Of a stretch of DNA of 26,338 nt, positions 17,151-26,338 are shown in pieces; position 1 is the first letter of the stretch, and the number at the start of each line of letters is the position of its first letter. Location of the stretch: the NCBI GenBank assembly GCA_963422645.2, contig CAXXVO010000003.1, forward strand, positions 1-26,338. The letters are read 5' to 3'. The position numbers were made by a program, and so were the translations under genes. This DNA is from Alphaproteobacteria bacterium (GTDB taxonomy: Bacteria; Pseudomonadota; Alphaproteobacteria; UBA828). Below the pieces are notes generated by a model. That model was not told where the DNA came from and ran no database searches. It worked only from the letters and a program-made list of their open reading frames with translations.

Positions 17151-18430
17151 GCGCCCATCAGATCGCGCCACGCCTCGTGCTGGGCGCGCTGACCGACCTC
17201 GCTGGAGCGCGGACCGAAGAATACGCCGTTGCCTTCGTCGATCTCGGCGCCGAGGCCGCGGGCGACGAGGACCCAGTCGGTGCCCTGGGTCGTGAGCCCC
17301 TCCTGGCAGCGCTCGAACGCCTCCATGTCGTCAGACTGGATGAAGGAGGCGGCCGCGTGAGTCATGTTCACGAAGCGCACGAGGTCGTCCGAGATGCTCT
17401 CGGGCGCGCCCTTGAGACGAACCGGCCAGACCTCGACCTCGGTGAAGTCCACCGCGACCGGCCGGATTACCCGCACCGAGGTCTGCGCCAGCAGGATGTC
17501 GGAGCTGGGGAAGAAGGTCATGCTGTGGCGACGGTTCTTCAGGATGTCCGTTGTGCGCTCCTCGCCGTAGCGCGCCACCATGATCGCCCGATAGTCGTCC
17601 CAGTGGCCCCCCGCCTGCTCCTTGTCGAAGAGCGACGCCTCGGAGCTGTGGCGGTTGTTGAGGCCGCGCACGCCGGTCTGGGCGACGATGGCTTCGCCGT
17701 TGGGGGCGAAGAACGCCGCATCGCCGCCTTCGTCGCCGGCACGGCGCTTGAATTGCCGGCCGTCGGGGCCGACCGTGGACGCGTGGCAGGCGGCGGGGTG
17801 GTACATGTCCGCCAGGTTCTCGAGCTGGAGCTTCCAGTTGCCGCGATAGTGGTAGCGGTGGCAGCCGGCGGAGAGCGCCACGTCGCCCTCGGGCGAACGG
17901 TCCACGAGCTCGTCGATGCCGTTCCGCGCCTCGGCGAGATAGTCCAGCAAGGGCTCGGCGTCCGCGTTGAAGGAGGCGAAGACGAAGCCGCGATAGCTCT
18001 CCACCCGCGGCAGCCGCGCCATGCCGAACTGCGGGTCCTCGAGCGGCTCCTCGGGGAAGTCCGCTCGCATTGGCACGCCGGCGAGCGCGCCGTTCGGCCG
18101 AAAACTCCAGCCGTGATACATGCAGGTGAAGACCTTGGCGTTGCCGCGCTCAGCGTTGAGCACCTTGGCACCACGGTGCCCGCAGCGGTTGAAGAGCACG
18201 CAGATGCCGTCGTCCTTGTGCCGGCTCAGCACCACCGGCTGGCGTGCGAGGTGGGTGCAGTAGTAGTCGCCGGCATTCGGCACGAGGCTCTCGTGGCCGA
18301 CGTAGAGCCACACCCGGCGGAAAATCTTTTCCATCTCGATCTCGAAGATCGCCGGGTCGGTGTAGATGGCGCGATGCACCCGGTCGGGCTGCACCATCTC
18401 CCGCAACTCTTCGCGCGTGTAGCCGGCCAT
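17147..18430 (-). CDS. Rieske aromatic ring-hydroxylating oxygenase alpha subunit
   Basis: Rieske CGH...CMYH, mononuclear Fe site ENLADMYHPAACH and DDMEAFE; GGAGGGAG RBS. Confidence 0.94.
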   Translation of the reverse strand: MAGYTREELREMVQPDRVHRAIYTDPAIFEIEMEKIFRRVWLYVGHESLVPNAGDYYCTHLARQPVVLSRHKDDGICVLFNRCGHRGAKVLNAERGNAKVFTCMYHGWSFRPNGALAGVPMRADFPEEPLEDPQFGMARLPRVESYRGFVFASFNADAEPLLDYLAEARNGIDELVDRSPEGDVALSAGCHRYHYRGNWKLQLENLADMYHPAACHASTVGPDGRQFKRRAGDEGGDAAFFAPNGEAIVAQTGVRGLNNRHSSEASLFDKEQAGGHWDDYRAIMVARYGEERTTDILKNRRHSMTFFPSSDILLAQTSVRVIRPVAVDFTEVEVWPVRLKGAPESISDDLVRFVNMTHAAASFIQSDDMEAFERCQEGLTTQGTDWVLVARGLGAEIDEGNGVFFGPRSSEVGQRAQHEAWRDLMGA

Positions 18431-18478
18431 CGCTCCCTCCGCCCGGTGCTGACGCGAGCGCATCTTAACCCGGTTTTC

Positions 18479-20137
18479 TCAGTCGTCGAGCAACGGACCC
18501 TGCGCCCGGCGTGCCTCGGCGAAATTGTCGGCGAGCCGGTGGGCGGCGCGGTAGGCCAACGCCGAGATCGTGCTCGTCGGGTTGATGGCGGCGCCGGTCG
18601 CCATGACGCTGCCGTCTGTGATGTAAAGATTGGGGCAATCCCAGGCCTGGTGCCACTTGGTGACGACGGAGGTCTCGGCATTGGCGCCCATACGCGCGGT
18701 GCCGAGCAGATGCCACGCAGGCGGCGCATAGACTCCCTTCGCGTCGCGGAAGGGATTGACCTTGATGTCCCAGGCATTCATTGCGCCCGCCAGCTCGACG
18801 GCACGGTCGATTCCGAAACGCGCGAGACGCGCATCGTTCTCGCACATGCCATAGGCGATGCGGGGGGCCGGCAGCTCCGACGAATCGACCATGGTGTCGG
18901 AGAGCGTGACGCGGTTGTCGGGCCTGGGCAGGTCGTCGCCCACGATGAGGATGCCGATGCCGTGCCCGAAGTGCCTGGCGAACCACGCGTGGTGATCCGC
19001 GCCCCACGGCGCCACGTTGCCCGAGTGCGAGCCCAGCGCCTGATAGCCCGCGCCGTTCTGCCGCACGATGTGGAGTGTAAAGCCGTTGACGAATCCGCGC
19101 GCGGTGTCGCTTTCCGCGAACTCCTCGCAGATCGCGATGGCGGAGATCAGCCCCTTGTGCGCTTCGGTTGGTGCATCGACCCAGCACTCCACCATGCCGA
19201 GCGTGTGGTGCATCAGGTTGCGGCCCACCTGGTCCGAGCGGTTCGCAAGCCCTCTCGGGTGTGCCGCGTTCTCCGACAGCAACAGCAGGCGCGGCGTGCC
19301 AACGCCGTTGGCAGCGAGGATCACGATGTCCGCTGTCTGGACATGACGCACGCCCGTGTTGCGCTCGACGTAGACGACGCCGGTGGCGCGCCCCGACGCG
19401 TCGGTCTCGATGCGTTCGACCCGGCAGTCGGTGCGAAGCTCGACGCCCGCCGCGAGTGCCTTCGGCCAGTGGGTCACGGCCATGTCGTTGAGCGAGCCGC
19501 GCGGGCAGCCGCTCTGGCAGGCACCACAGTTATTGCAGGCGAGCCGGCCGTCGTAACCCTCCGCCAGGATGGCGCACGGCATGGGCCACCAGTGCCAACC
19601 GAGCGAGTCGAAGCCGCGCGTTACGACCTCGCCCATGGCGCCACGCGGGCCGGGGCGCGTTTGGAAAGGGCCACGCGGCGGCATCGCCGGATCGCCGGCC
19701 CAGCCGGAGACGCCGCAGGCCTCGTCCGCCATCTCGAAGTAAGGGGCGAGGTCCTCGTAGGAAATCGGCCAGTCCGGGGCCAGGCCGTGCTCGGTGCCCT
19801 TGCGGAAGTCCGAGGGACGATAGCGCGGCCAGGTGGCGGTGTAGATGCCGGTAGAGCCGCCCACCCCGTTCCACATCAGGGTCGTCTCGTCCGTGCTGTC
19901 CACGGGGTAGTCGTGCGGGTGGCCGCGCACGTTGACAGCGATCGACCAATCGGTGGCGCGCCGCCATTCCCAGTCCCGGCCGTGATGTGGGCGCTCGGCC
20001 GGCGGGAACCAGGTCCCCTGCTCGAGGCAGACTACCCTGATGCCCTTCCTCGCCAGCACGGTGGCCGGAATCACGCCGCCGGGGCCGGAGCCGACGATGA
20101 CGACGTCGGCATGATCGTGCGTGGTGCGCCCGGTCAT
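18479..20137 (-). CDS. GMC-family FAD oxidoreductase (sugar/gluconate dehydrogenase flavoprotein-like)
   Basis: DVVIVGSGPGG, GVGGST, CNNCGACQSGC, HLLGTARMG, NPTSTISALA; likely start ATG 20137. Confidence 0.92.
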   Translation of the reverse strand: MTGRTTHDHADVVIVGSGPGGVIPATVLARKGIRVVCLEQGTWFPPAERPHHGRDWEWRRATDWSIAVNVRGHPHDYPVDSTDETTLMWNGVGGSTGIYTATWPRYRPSDFRKGTEHGLAPDWPISYEDLAPYFEMADEACGVSGWAGDPAMPPRGPFQTRPGPRGAMGEVVTRGFDSLGWHWWPMPCAILAEGYDGRLACNNCGACQSGCPRGSLNDMAVTHWPKALAAGVELRTDCRVERIETDASGRATGVVYVERNTGVRHVQTADIVILAANGVGTPRLLLLSENAAHPRGLANRSDQVGRNLMHHTLGMVECWVDAPTEAHKGLISAIAICEEFAESDTARGFVNGFTLHIVRQNGAGYQALGSHSGNVAPWGADHHAWFARHFGHGIGILIVGDDLPRPDNRVTLSDTMVDSSELPAPRIAYGMCENDARLARFGIDRAVELAGAMNAWDIKVNPFRDAKGVYAPPAWHLLGTARMGANAETSVVTKWHQAWDCPNLYITDGSVMATGAAINPTSTISALAYRAAHRLADNFAEARRAQGPLLDD

Positions 20138-20147
20138 GGCGTTCGCC

Positions 20148-21227
20148 TCAGGCCTGGCCGGCCGTGTCGAGGCGGATGCCGCTCTCCGCATCGAAGACAT
20201 GCGCGCGTTCGGGAGCCGGATCGATCCATACGGTGTCACCGGGGCGGGCGGAGGCTCGTGCCTGCAGCAGGACACAGATCCGCCGCGCGCCGAGCGAGCC
20301 GAACAGCTCGATCTCCCGGCCGGTTGTCTCGACCACGTCGATGGTGAGCGGGAAGCCTTCGCCTTCGCCGACGAGGCGAAGATCCTCCGGCCGAATGCCA
20401 TAGAGGACGCTGTGGCCCGCCTGCGCCGCCAGGTCCTGGTCGTGCCGGACCGTGACGCCGCCTTCCAGTGCGATGGTGCCATCCGGCCCCAGCGTGCCGG
20501 GCAGCATGTTCATCGCCGGCGAGCCGATGAAGCTCGCGACGAAGGTGTTGGCCGGCCGGTCATAGACATGCTCCGGCGCACCGATCTGCTCGATATAGCC
20601 GTCGCGCATGACGACGATGCGGTCGGCGAGCGTCATCGCCTCCACCTGATCGTGGGTGACGTAGATCATGGTCGTCTGCAGCCGCTGGTGGAGTTCGCGA
20701 ATCTCGGTCCGCATCTGGACCCGGAGCTGGGCGTCGAGGTTGCTGAGCGGTTCGTCGAAGAGGAAGGCGATGGGCTCCCGCACCAGCGCACGGCCCATGG
20801 CGACGCGTTGCCTCTGCCCGCCCGAGAGTTGGCGCGGATAGCGCTTGAGGTAATCGGTGAGCTCCAGGACCTCCGCCGCCCACTTGATGCGGCGATCCTG
20901 CTCGTCCCGCGGGATCTTTCGCATCCGGAGCCCGAACGACATGTTCCGGTAGACGGTCATGTGCGGATAGAGCGCGTAGGACTGGAACACCATTGCGATA
21001 TTCCGGTCCTTGGCTGCGACGCGGTTCACGACCTTGTCGCCGATAGAAATTTCGCCTGCGGTGATGTCTTCGAGGCCGGCGATCATGCGCAAGAGCGTCG
21101 ACTTGCCGCACCCCGACGGCCCCACCAACACCACCAGTTCCTTGTCCTCGATGTCGACGTCGATGCCGTGGATCACTTCGACGGGGCCGAAGGACTTGTA
21201 GATGTTTCTGATTTCGACGCTGGCCAT
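20148..21227 (-). CDS. MalK/UgpC-type carbohydrate ABC ATP-binding protein
   Basis: [51 protein letters not shown]. Confidence 0.95.
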   Translation of the reverse strand: MASVEIRNIYKSFGPVEVIHGIDVDIEDKELVVLVGPSGCGKSTLLRMIAGLEDITAGEISIGDKVVNRVAAKDRNIAMVFQSYALYPHMTVYRNMSFGLRMRKIPRDEQDRRIKWAAEVLELTDYLKRYPRQLSGGQRQRVAMGRALVREPIAFLFDEPLSNLDAQLRVQMRTEIRELHQRLQTTMIYVTHDQVEAMTLADRIVVMRDGYIEQIGAPEHVYDRPANTFVASFIGSPAMNMLPGTLGPDGTIALEGGVTVRHDQDLAAQAGHSVLYGIRPEDLRLVGEGEGFPLTIDVVETTGREIELFGSLGARRICVLLQARASARPGDTVWIDPAPERAHVFDAESGIRLDTAGQA

Positions 21228-21236
21228 GACCTGCCC

Positions 21237-21821
21237 CTACGTCCGGCCGGCGGATCGACTGCCCGCGCCCTTGGCGATGGCGCCCCGGCCGGTTGCCACC
21301 GCGTCGTCCGCCGTCACCGCTTCGGGCGCCAGCGGATCGGGCGGCAGCGGCGCGAGATCGAGGCGCGCCACGTCATCCGTCTTCACGTAGTGGCCGCGAC
21401 GGTGCGCTGGCGCCTCAAGGGGGTCGCTCTCGTCGAAGGGGGCCATGGCGTATCCCGCAGGCTGCGGCGCGTCGTTGTAGACATGGCCGACCGCGCGCAC
21501 GGCGCGCACCACGGCGGGGCTCTCGTAATAGGCGAGGTAGCTCACCATGCGGAGCGTCTCGAACTGCTCCTGGTGGTTCTCCACCATCAGGCGCACCACC
21601 GCCTGCCGCTCCGCAGGGCTGAGCGGCGTGAGCGGCCCGCCGCAGTCCGCGACCGTCTGCGCGAGATCGTCGAGCGCGGTCTCGCCGACCTGCGCCACCA
21701 AGCGATCCGCCACGATGCCGTGGGTGCCGGCATCGCTTGCGGCGGGGAAGTGCTCGTCGCCCGGCAGCAGCACGTCCACCAGCTCCTTGAGCATGGCCGC
21801 GATCTCGGCTGGTTCCCTCAT
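21237..21821 (-). CDS. Gluconate 2-dehydrogenase subunit 3-like small partner protein, no Tat signal
   Basis: LVDVLLP...PAASDAG...FETLRMVSYLAYYESP pattern; same operon as the GMC enzyme. Confidence 0.65.
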   Translation of the reverse strand: MREPAEIAAMLKELVDVLLPGDEHFPAASDAGTHGIVADRLVAQVGETALDDLAQTVADCGGPLTPLSPAERQAVVRLMVENHQEQFETLRMVSYLAYYESPAVVRAVRAVGHVYNDAPQPAGYAMAPFDESDPLEAPAHRRGHYVKTDDVARLDLAPLPPDPLAPEAVTADDAVATGRGAIAKGAGSRSAGRT

Positions 21822-21823
21822 CG

Positions 21824-22690
21824 CTACTTCGCGCTCCCTGCCGTCAATCCACGAATGAGCCAGCGTTGGAAGAACATCGCCAGCAGATAGACCGGCACGA
21901 TGCCGATCAGCGACGCGACCGACATCTGCCCGTAGCGAAGCTGCCGGTCACCCTGATAGAGCGAGAGGCCCACCGGCAGGGTCTGCGTGCTCTCGCTCCT
22001 GGTCAGGAATGAAGCCAGCAGGAATTCGTTGTAGGCCAGGATCAGGCAGATGATCCCGGTGCTGATGATGCCCGGCATGAGGAGCGGCACCATGATGCGG
22101 AACAGTACGGAGCCGTAGCCTGCACCGTCGATACGCGCGGCGTCCTCCAGCTCCTCCGGCAGGCGGCGCACGAAGCTCGACAGAAGCCAGAAGGCGACCG
22201 GCAGGTTCATCACGCCGTAGACCAGCGCCATGCCGAAGAGAGAGTTCACCAGCCCGATCGAGCGCAGCAGGAAGAAGAGGGGAAAGAGCGCGACGATAGG
22301 CGGCGCCACATAAGTGGCAAGGATGAAGGCCGGCAGGAACTTGCCGCCGATGCGATAGCGCACGATGGCGTGCGTCGCAGGCACGGCGATGACCAGCGTG
22401 ACCAGCGCGCCCAGCGCGGCGGCGACGATCGAGTTGCGCAGGTAGGTGCCGACGGCGACGGAGTTCCAGGCGTCGGGATAATTCTGCCAGAACCACTCCG
22501 TCGGTATGAAACCGCCGCTCGCGATGTCGGGCTGCGTCTTCAGGGACACCATGAACATGAAGATCATGGGGAAGATGAAGAACAGCACCACCGCCGCAGT
22601 TCCCGCCCACCGTGCGAGGGTCCAGAGATCGACGGGCGCCTCCGAAAGCCAGGTGCCGCCATCGATGGGTCTGTTGCCGAGAGACCTCAC
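21824..22690 (-). CDS. Carbohydrate ABC permease, MalG-like
   Basis: YLRNS, EAA loop LPEELEDAARIDGAG, YNEF, TLPVGL, LIRGLTAGSAK; GTG 22690 overlaps the upstream stop. Confidence 0.92.
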   Translation of the reverse strand: MRSLGNRPIDGGTWLSEAPVDLWTLARWAGTAAVVLFFIFPMIFMFMVSLKTQPDIASGGFIPTEWFWQNYPDAWNSVAVGTYLRNSIVAAALGALVTLVIAVPATHAIVRYRIGGKFLPAFILATYVAPPIVALFPLFFLLRSIGLVNSLFGMALVYGVMNLPVAFWLLSSFVRRLPEELEDAARIDGAGYGSVLFRIMVPLLMPGIISTGIICLILAYNEFLLASFLTRSESTQTLPVGLSLYQGDRQLRYGQMSVASLIGIVPVYLLAMFFQRWLIRGLTAGSAK

Positions 22691-23574
22691 GACAGCTTCT
22701 TCTCGGCGAAGTCGTGCGCGGTGGTGAAGGGGATGGTGATGAGGCCCACCACCACCGCGAACATGAGCGTCTGCGCCGCCGCCGCGCCGATGTCGAATTG
22801 CTGGATCGCCACGCGGTAGATGTAAAAGCTCGAGACGGTCGTCGCCTGACCCGGTCCGCCGCCGGTCAGCACGAAGACGAGGTCGAAAACCTTGAAGGCG
22901 ATGACGAGCTTGAGAACCGCAATGGCGAGCAGCGCGGGCGCCAACATCGGCAAGGTGATGGACCAGAACATCGCGGGGCCCGAGGCTCCGTCGAGCCTGG
23001 CCGCTTCGTAGACATCCTCCGGCAGGGTCTGCAGCGCCGCATAGGTCATCAGCGCAATGAAGGGCGTCCACTGCCACACGTCCGCGAGGCAGACGAAGGG
23101 GAACGCCATGGTGGGCGAGCCGAGGAAGCTCACGGGCTGGCTGAAGAGCGCCATGTCCATGAGGAAGCTGTTGAGCCAGCCCCCCTTCGGCATGAGCAGC
23201 AGTTGCCACATGACGGCGACCGTGATCGGCGGGGTCATCAGCGGCAGGAGAATGAGCGTGCGCAGGATCTGCCTGCCCTTCACCGCACGATCGAGGAGAA
23301 GGGCGACGACCACACCGAGCACGACGGAAGCCAGGGTCGTCATGAGCGCGAAGATGGCGGAACGGAGAAGGGATGCGGTGAATTTCGATTGCCCGATGGC
23401 ATCGGAATAGTTCTCGACTCCGACCCATCCCCGAAACAGCGTTCCGAGATTGGAATCCGAGAAGGAAAGGAAGATCAGGTAGATGAAGGGATAGACCGCA
23501 AAGACGATCAAGCCGCCTATGAGCGGCATGACCACCGCCCAACCGATCATCCTGCGGCGGTCGAGGGTCTGCAT
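22687..23574 (-). CDS. Carbohydrate ABC permease, MalF-like
   Basis: WVGVENY, DVWQWTPF, EAA loop YEAARLDGAS, LTGGGPG. Confidence 0.92.
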   Translation of the reverse strand: MQTLDRRRMIGWAVVMPLIGGLIVFAVYPFIYLIFLSFSDSNLGTLFRGWVGVENYSDAIGQSKFTASLLRSAIFALMTTLASVVLGVVVALLLDRAVKGRQILRTLILLPLMTPPITVAVMWQLLLMPKGGWLNSFLMDMALFSQPVSFLGSPTMAFPFVCLADVWQWTPFIALMTYAALQTLPEDVYEAARLDGASGPAMFWSITLPMLAPALLAIAVLKLVIAFKVFDLVFVLTGGGPGQATTVSSFYIYRVAIQQFDIGAAAAQTLMFAVVVGLITIPFTTAHDFAEKKLS

Positions 23575-23668
23575 GCTGGCCTAGCGCCCGCTCGCTTGCG
23601 TCGCGACGCGCGCAGGGCGGGGCACTGTATCCGGCTCACTCATTATGGGGGAAGGGGACGGGCCGCCG

Positions 23669-23737
23669 GGTAGTGTCTCAGTTTGATACATAGCGCATTG
23701 TTGTTATTGGGGGAAAAATTCAAACTGAGACACTACC
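23669..23737. mobile_element. 69 bp inverted-repeat scar (MITE-like or internally deleted IS)
   Basis: Perfect 18 bp inverted repeat GGTAGTGTCTCAGTTTGA (23669-23686) / TCAAACTGAGACACTACC (23720-23737) around a 33 bp AT-rich core. Confidence 0.72.
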
Positions 23738-23856
23738 AGAATTACGCCGGCCTTGACCGTATCCTCCGCCTCCGCACGCACGGTGCCGGCCACGCTGGCG
23801 GCTACCACGGCGCCCGCGGTCGCCAAAGCACCCGCCGTTTTCAGAAAGCCATTCAT
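23738..23856 (-). pseudogene. 5' stub of a secreted substrate-binding protein gene
   Basis: GGGAGG RBS then MNGFLKTAGALATAGAVVAASVAGTVRAEAEDTVKAGVIL (signal peptide plus first strand), broken at the inverted repeat. Confidence 0.68.
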
Positions 23857-24508
23857 AGCGTTACCCTCCCCGATTCCAGCGCCGTGCCATTCATTATTCT
23901 CGTGTCACGGTCGCCAATCAGAGCATGATAGGGATAGCGGTCGCGTGTGATCAACCGCTTTCGTGGTTCGGGGCCGCAACGCGGGAACGCGGTCGATCCG
24001 CAGCCCGACGAATTGTTCGCACGCCCGACCGGTCGCAAGTGCCAGCGATGATGGCTCGACTTGTCCGAACGCCGGGCATGACAGATGTCCGATCCGACCG
24101 CCGTTCCGACAGAGTCGAGGCTCAGTCCGCTCTTCGGCGCGGTGGCCGTCGATCCTCGCACAGCGGTCGGAGCGAGCCGGATCGGTACTCGGGAGCGCGG
24201 TCTTGCCGATTGCGATTCAAGGCGACAAGTGCAGGCACCGAATCGCCTGCCAATGGCCGAAATATGACCTCCGACTCTAAGCTGTCTTGCGCGCGAGAAA
24301 AGAGAGAACGGCTTCGCTAAATCGCGCGGGCACCGTCCGTGAGCAGGTATGGCCGCCCTCTTGGCCGCTACGGCTACCGGCGGAGCGCGGCCCTGCTGCG
24401 CGACGCCGGTTGGCGGCTCAACGACAAGCGGGTCGAGCGCCCGTGGCTCTGCGCCCGTGTTCTTGCGCACGAGGTCCGCCGTATGTCGAGCAACTCACAT
24501 CTTGCCCA

Positions 24509-24532
24509 TATTTGATATATCTTATTTGATAT
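24509..24532. promoter_or_regulatory. AT-rich direct repeat TATTTGATAT x2, candidate operator
   Basis: Copies at 24509-24518 and 24523-24532 in an AT-rich island of the divergent intergenic region. Confidence 0.45.
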
Positions 24533-25066
24533 GAAAGAGTATCACAGCAGGATCGTGCAGCGTCGTTTACGCGTCATGCGGCACGATCGCGCGGACGGTC
24601 AAGAGGTGAATGTTGCGTGCCAGCCCTTGAACGAAGACCGCAGTCAATGCGGCCAGGGTTATTTGCCGGTAAGCCCTCCAATACCGCGGTAGACGTTCGC
24701 GCAGAACGCTCGAAGCAGGCCGGCGAAGCGGTCGAGGACAGCGGCGCGCCCGGCCTGCGGTACGCCTCCCTTCGAACTGACGGTGCCGATGAGGGTGTGC
24801 GCTGCGGCTGCCGCAGCGCCGCCCCCATCCTGGCCCGCGCCCGGCCGCGATCCTGTTCCGAGAGACGTCGGCCGCATGGCTCGTTTCGAGGCGGCGCCCT
24901 GCCATGCGGCAGCAGGGGACGCACGCGCCGAAGCGCGGACACGTGGGCCTGCCCGGCAAGAGCCGTCCCCCACCGCGCCGGCAAGAGAGACCCCCCTCGC
25001 CCGTATGTCGGCGCTTCAGTCGCGCGATCGGAGCATTCGGTTTAGCAGTCCAGGAACATCGTCGAG

Positions 25067-26338
25067 ATGAAGTTGGTAACTCGTATCATTCAGGCTTCCC
25101 TGGCAGCACTTCTTATCTTGGTGGCATTTGAAGTATCCGGCGCGTTGGCTGCCTCGGAACTTGAGCCCATCAATGTCCGCGTCACGCCGGGCGATGGAAT
25201 ACTGGGTGTGACTTGGGAGCCTCCGGCTGAACGAGATTTGTCAATCCGTGAGTATATCGTGAGCCATATCATTCCGCGTCTGTACGGGCACAATCAGGGC
25301 CTCAAATTTTGTGGTTTTAATTACGTAGGTGTGACGTACACTGAAGTGGCAAGCACTCAGACGTCCTACACAATTACAGGCCTTCAGAACGGACAGGAGT
25401 ATTGTGTTCGTGTGGGCGCAAGATTCGCGGGAACATCGGGCTACTCCGCTGAATTACTCGCAACGCCAAGTTCCGGTGAACAGCCTCAGCTCGTTAGCGC
25501 CAATATCGTTGGCGCCATCCTTCGTCTCACGTTTGATGAAATTCTTGATACAAATCCCGTACCGTCTACCAGTGTCTTTACCGTGGTGGTCGGGGGAAGC
25601 GCCGTAGCGGTTACCGGCGTGAACATCCAGGGGACCGAGGTCACCCTGACGCTGTCGAGCGCTGCGTCTGCGAGCGATGCCGTCACGCTCAGCTATGCGA
25701 TACCGACAGGCGCCACGGCCCAGCCCCTGCAGGACTGGTTGGGCAACAAGGCGCCCGCTCTGAGCAGCCACGCCGTTATCAATTCCGGGACGGCATCGTC
25801 CGATGCGACGTTGAGTGCGCTGACTGTGTCCGGAGCGACGCTGACGCCGGCATTCGCGCCCGCCACCGAGCAGTACCGAGTTGTCGTACCGTATTCCGTG
25901 ACGGCGGCGACTGTCACGCCGACGCCGAGCGATTCCGGTGCCACAGTCGCCTTCTCGCCCTCTGTAGACGTCGATACCGATGCGTCCGGCCATCAGGTCC
26001 CTCTCGGCGCCGGACAAAACACCCTGGACATCGTCGTCACGGCGGAGAACACCATCGATCGCAAAACGTATACGGTGTCTCTGACGCGTTCCCTGGCCCC
26101 GCCCGAGGCCCCTGCCTCGATATCCCTGTCCAGCCGAAACGACGGCAAACTCAGGATCCGGTGGTGGCCACCGGCACGGGACGGTGGATCGGCTGTTGTC
26201 GGCTACAAGGTGCAGTGGACATCGGATCAGAATTCATGGGACTCAGCCAGCCAAACGATCGTCACCGAGTTGACTCAATTTGGCTCCTCCTATATCGGGT
26301 TGCGCAACATTACGGGGCTGCAGAACGGTACCGAATAT
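25067..26338 (+). CDS. Large secreted/surface protein, 3'-partial: FN3, SwmB-like, cadherin-like beta-sandwich, FN3
   Basis: Manual translation gives 424 open codons from ATG 25067: signal peptide MKLVTRIIQASLAALLILVAFEVSGALA; FN3 (VTPGDGILGVTWEPP...YTITGLQNGQEYCVRV); LRLTFDEILD...VTLSY...PLQDWLGNKA; SSDATLSALTVSGATLTPAF...VTAEN...KTYTVSLTR; second FN3 (RDGGSAVVGYKVQW...ITGLQNGTEY). Confidence 0.9.
   Translation, partial: MKLVTRIIQASLAALLILVAFEVSGALAASELEPINVRVTPGDGILGVTWEPPAERDLSIREYIVSHIIPRLYGHNQGLKFCGFNYVGVTYTEVASTQTSYTITGLQNGQEYCVRVGARFAGTSGYSAELLATPSSGEQPQLVSANIVGAILRLTFDEILDTNPVPSTSVFTVVVGGSAVAVTGVNIQGTEVTLTLSSAASASDAVTLSYAIPTGATAQPLQDWLGNKAPALSSHAVINSGTASSDATLSALTVSGATLTPAFAPATEQYRVVVPYSVTAATVTPTPSDSGATVAFSPSVDVDTDASGHQVPLGAGQNTLDIVVTAENTIDRKTYTVSLTRSLAPPEAPASISLSSRNDGKLRIRWWPPARDGGSAVVGYKVQWTSDQNSWDSASQTIVTELTQFGSSYIGLRNITGLQNGTEY

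Noticed and set aside
17177-20347. 1056 aa plus-strand ORF and similar long antisense ORFs (14999-16579, 20121-21890, 1912-3321)
   Set aside because: Shadow frames of well-supported genes on the opposite strand in high-GC DNA, with no motifs.
21824-23542. 572 aa fused permease
   Set aside because: The upstream half overlaps the MalF-like gene out of frame; the true start is GTG 22690.
23853-24470. 205 aa ORF ending in an ATGA overlap with the binding-protein stub
   Set aside because: Low-complexity composition and no recognisable motif; the overlap is probably chance.

Overview
GC-rich bacterial DNA, probably alphaproteobacterial (inference from gene style). Left to right: (1) a + strand acyl-CoA/lipid-catabolic operon (DUF35 OB-fold protein with an apparent frameshift, SCP2-type thiolase, MaoC double-hotdog dehydratase, SDR) whose SDR is cut at 3446 by the TG-terminal end of a probable Mu-like prophage remnant carrying a head-morphogenesis gene fragment. 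(2) A ~5.2 kb TG...CA element (4017-9205) with short terminal inverted repeats and five co-oriented genes: a Zn-ribbon/HTH protein, a DDE transposase, an ExeA/TnsC-like AAA+ ATPase, a RepA-like (AAA_25) helicase and a DUF3991/Toprim primase-like protein with one in-frame TGA. A GGGAAC-repeat palindrome lies between helicase and primase. This looks like a transposon with its own helicase-primase-origin module and is the most interesting object here. It truncates a phage gene on one side and a second SDR on the other. (3) ruvX/yqgF. (4) A ~13 kb minus-strand catabolic cluster: two sugar-type ABC systems, a GMC oxidoreductase with a small partner subunit, a Rieske oxygenase alpha/beta pair without reductase or ferredoxin, and a DMT transporter. 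Its upstream binding-protein gene is cut by a 69 bp inverted-repeat scar. (5) The 5' part of a large secreted FN3/SwmB-like/cadherin-like protein that is absent from the ORF track because it runs off the window.
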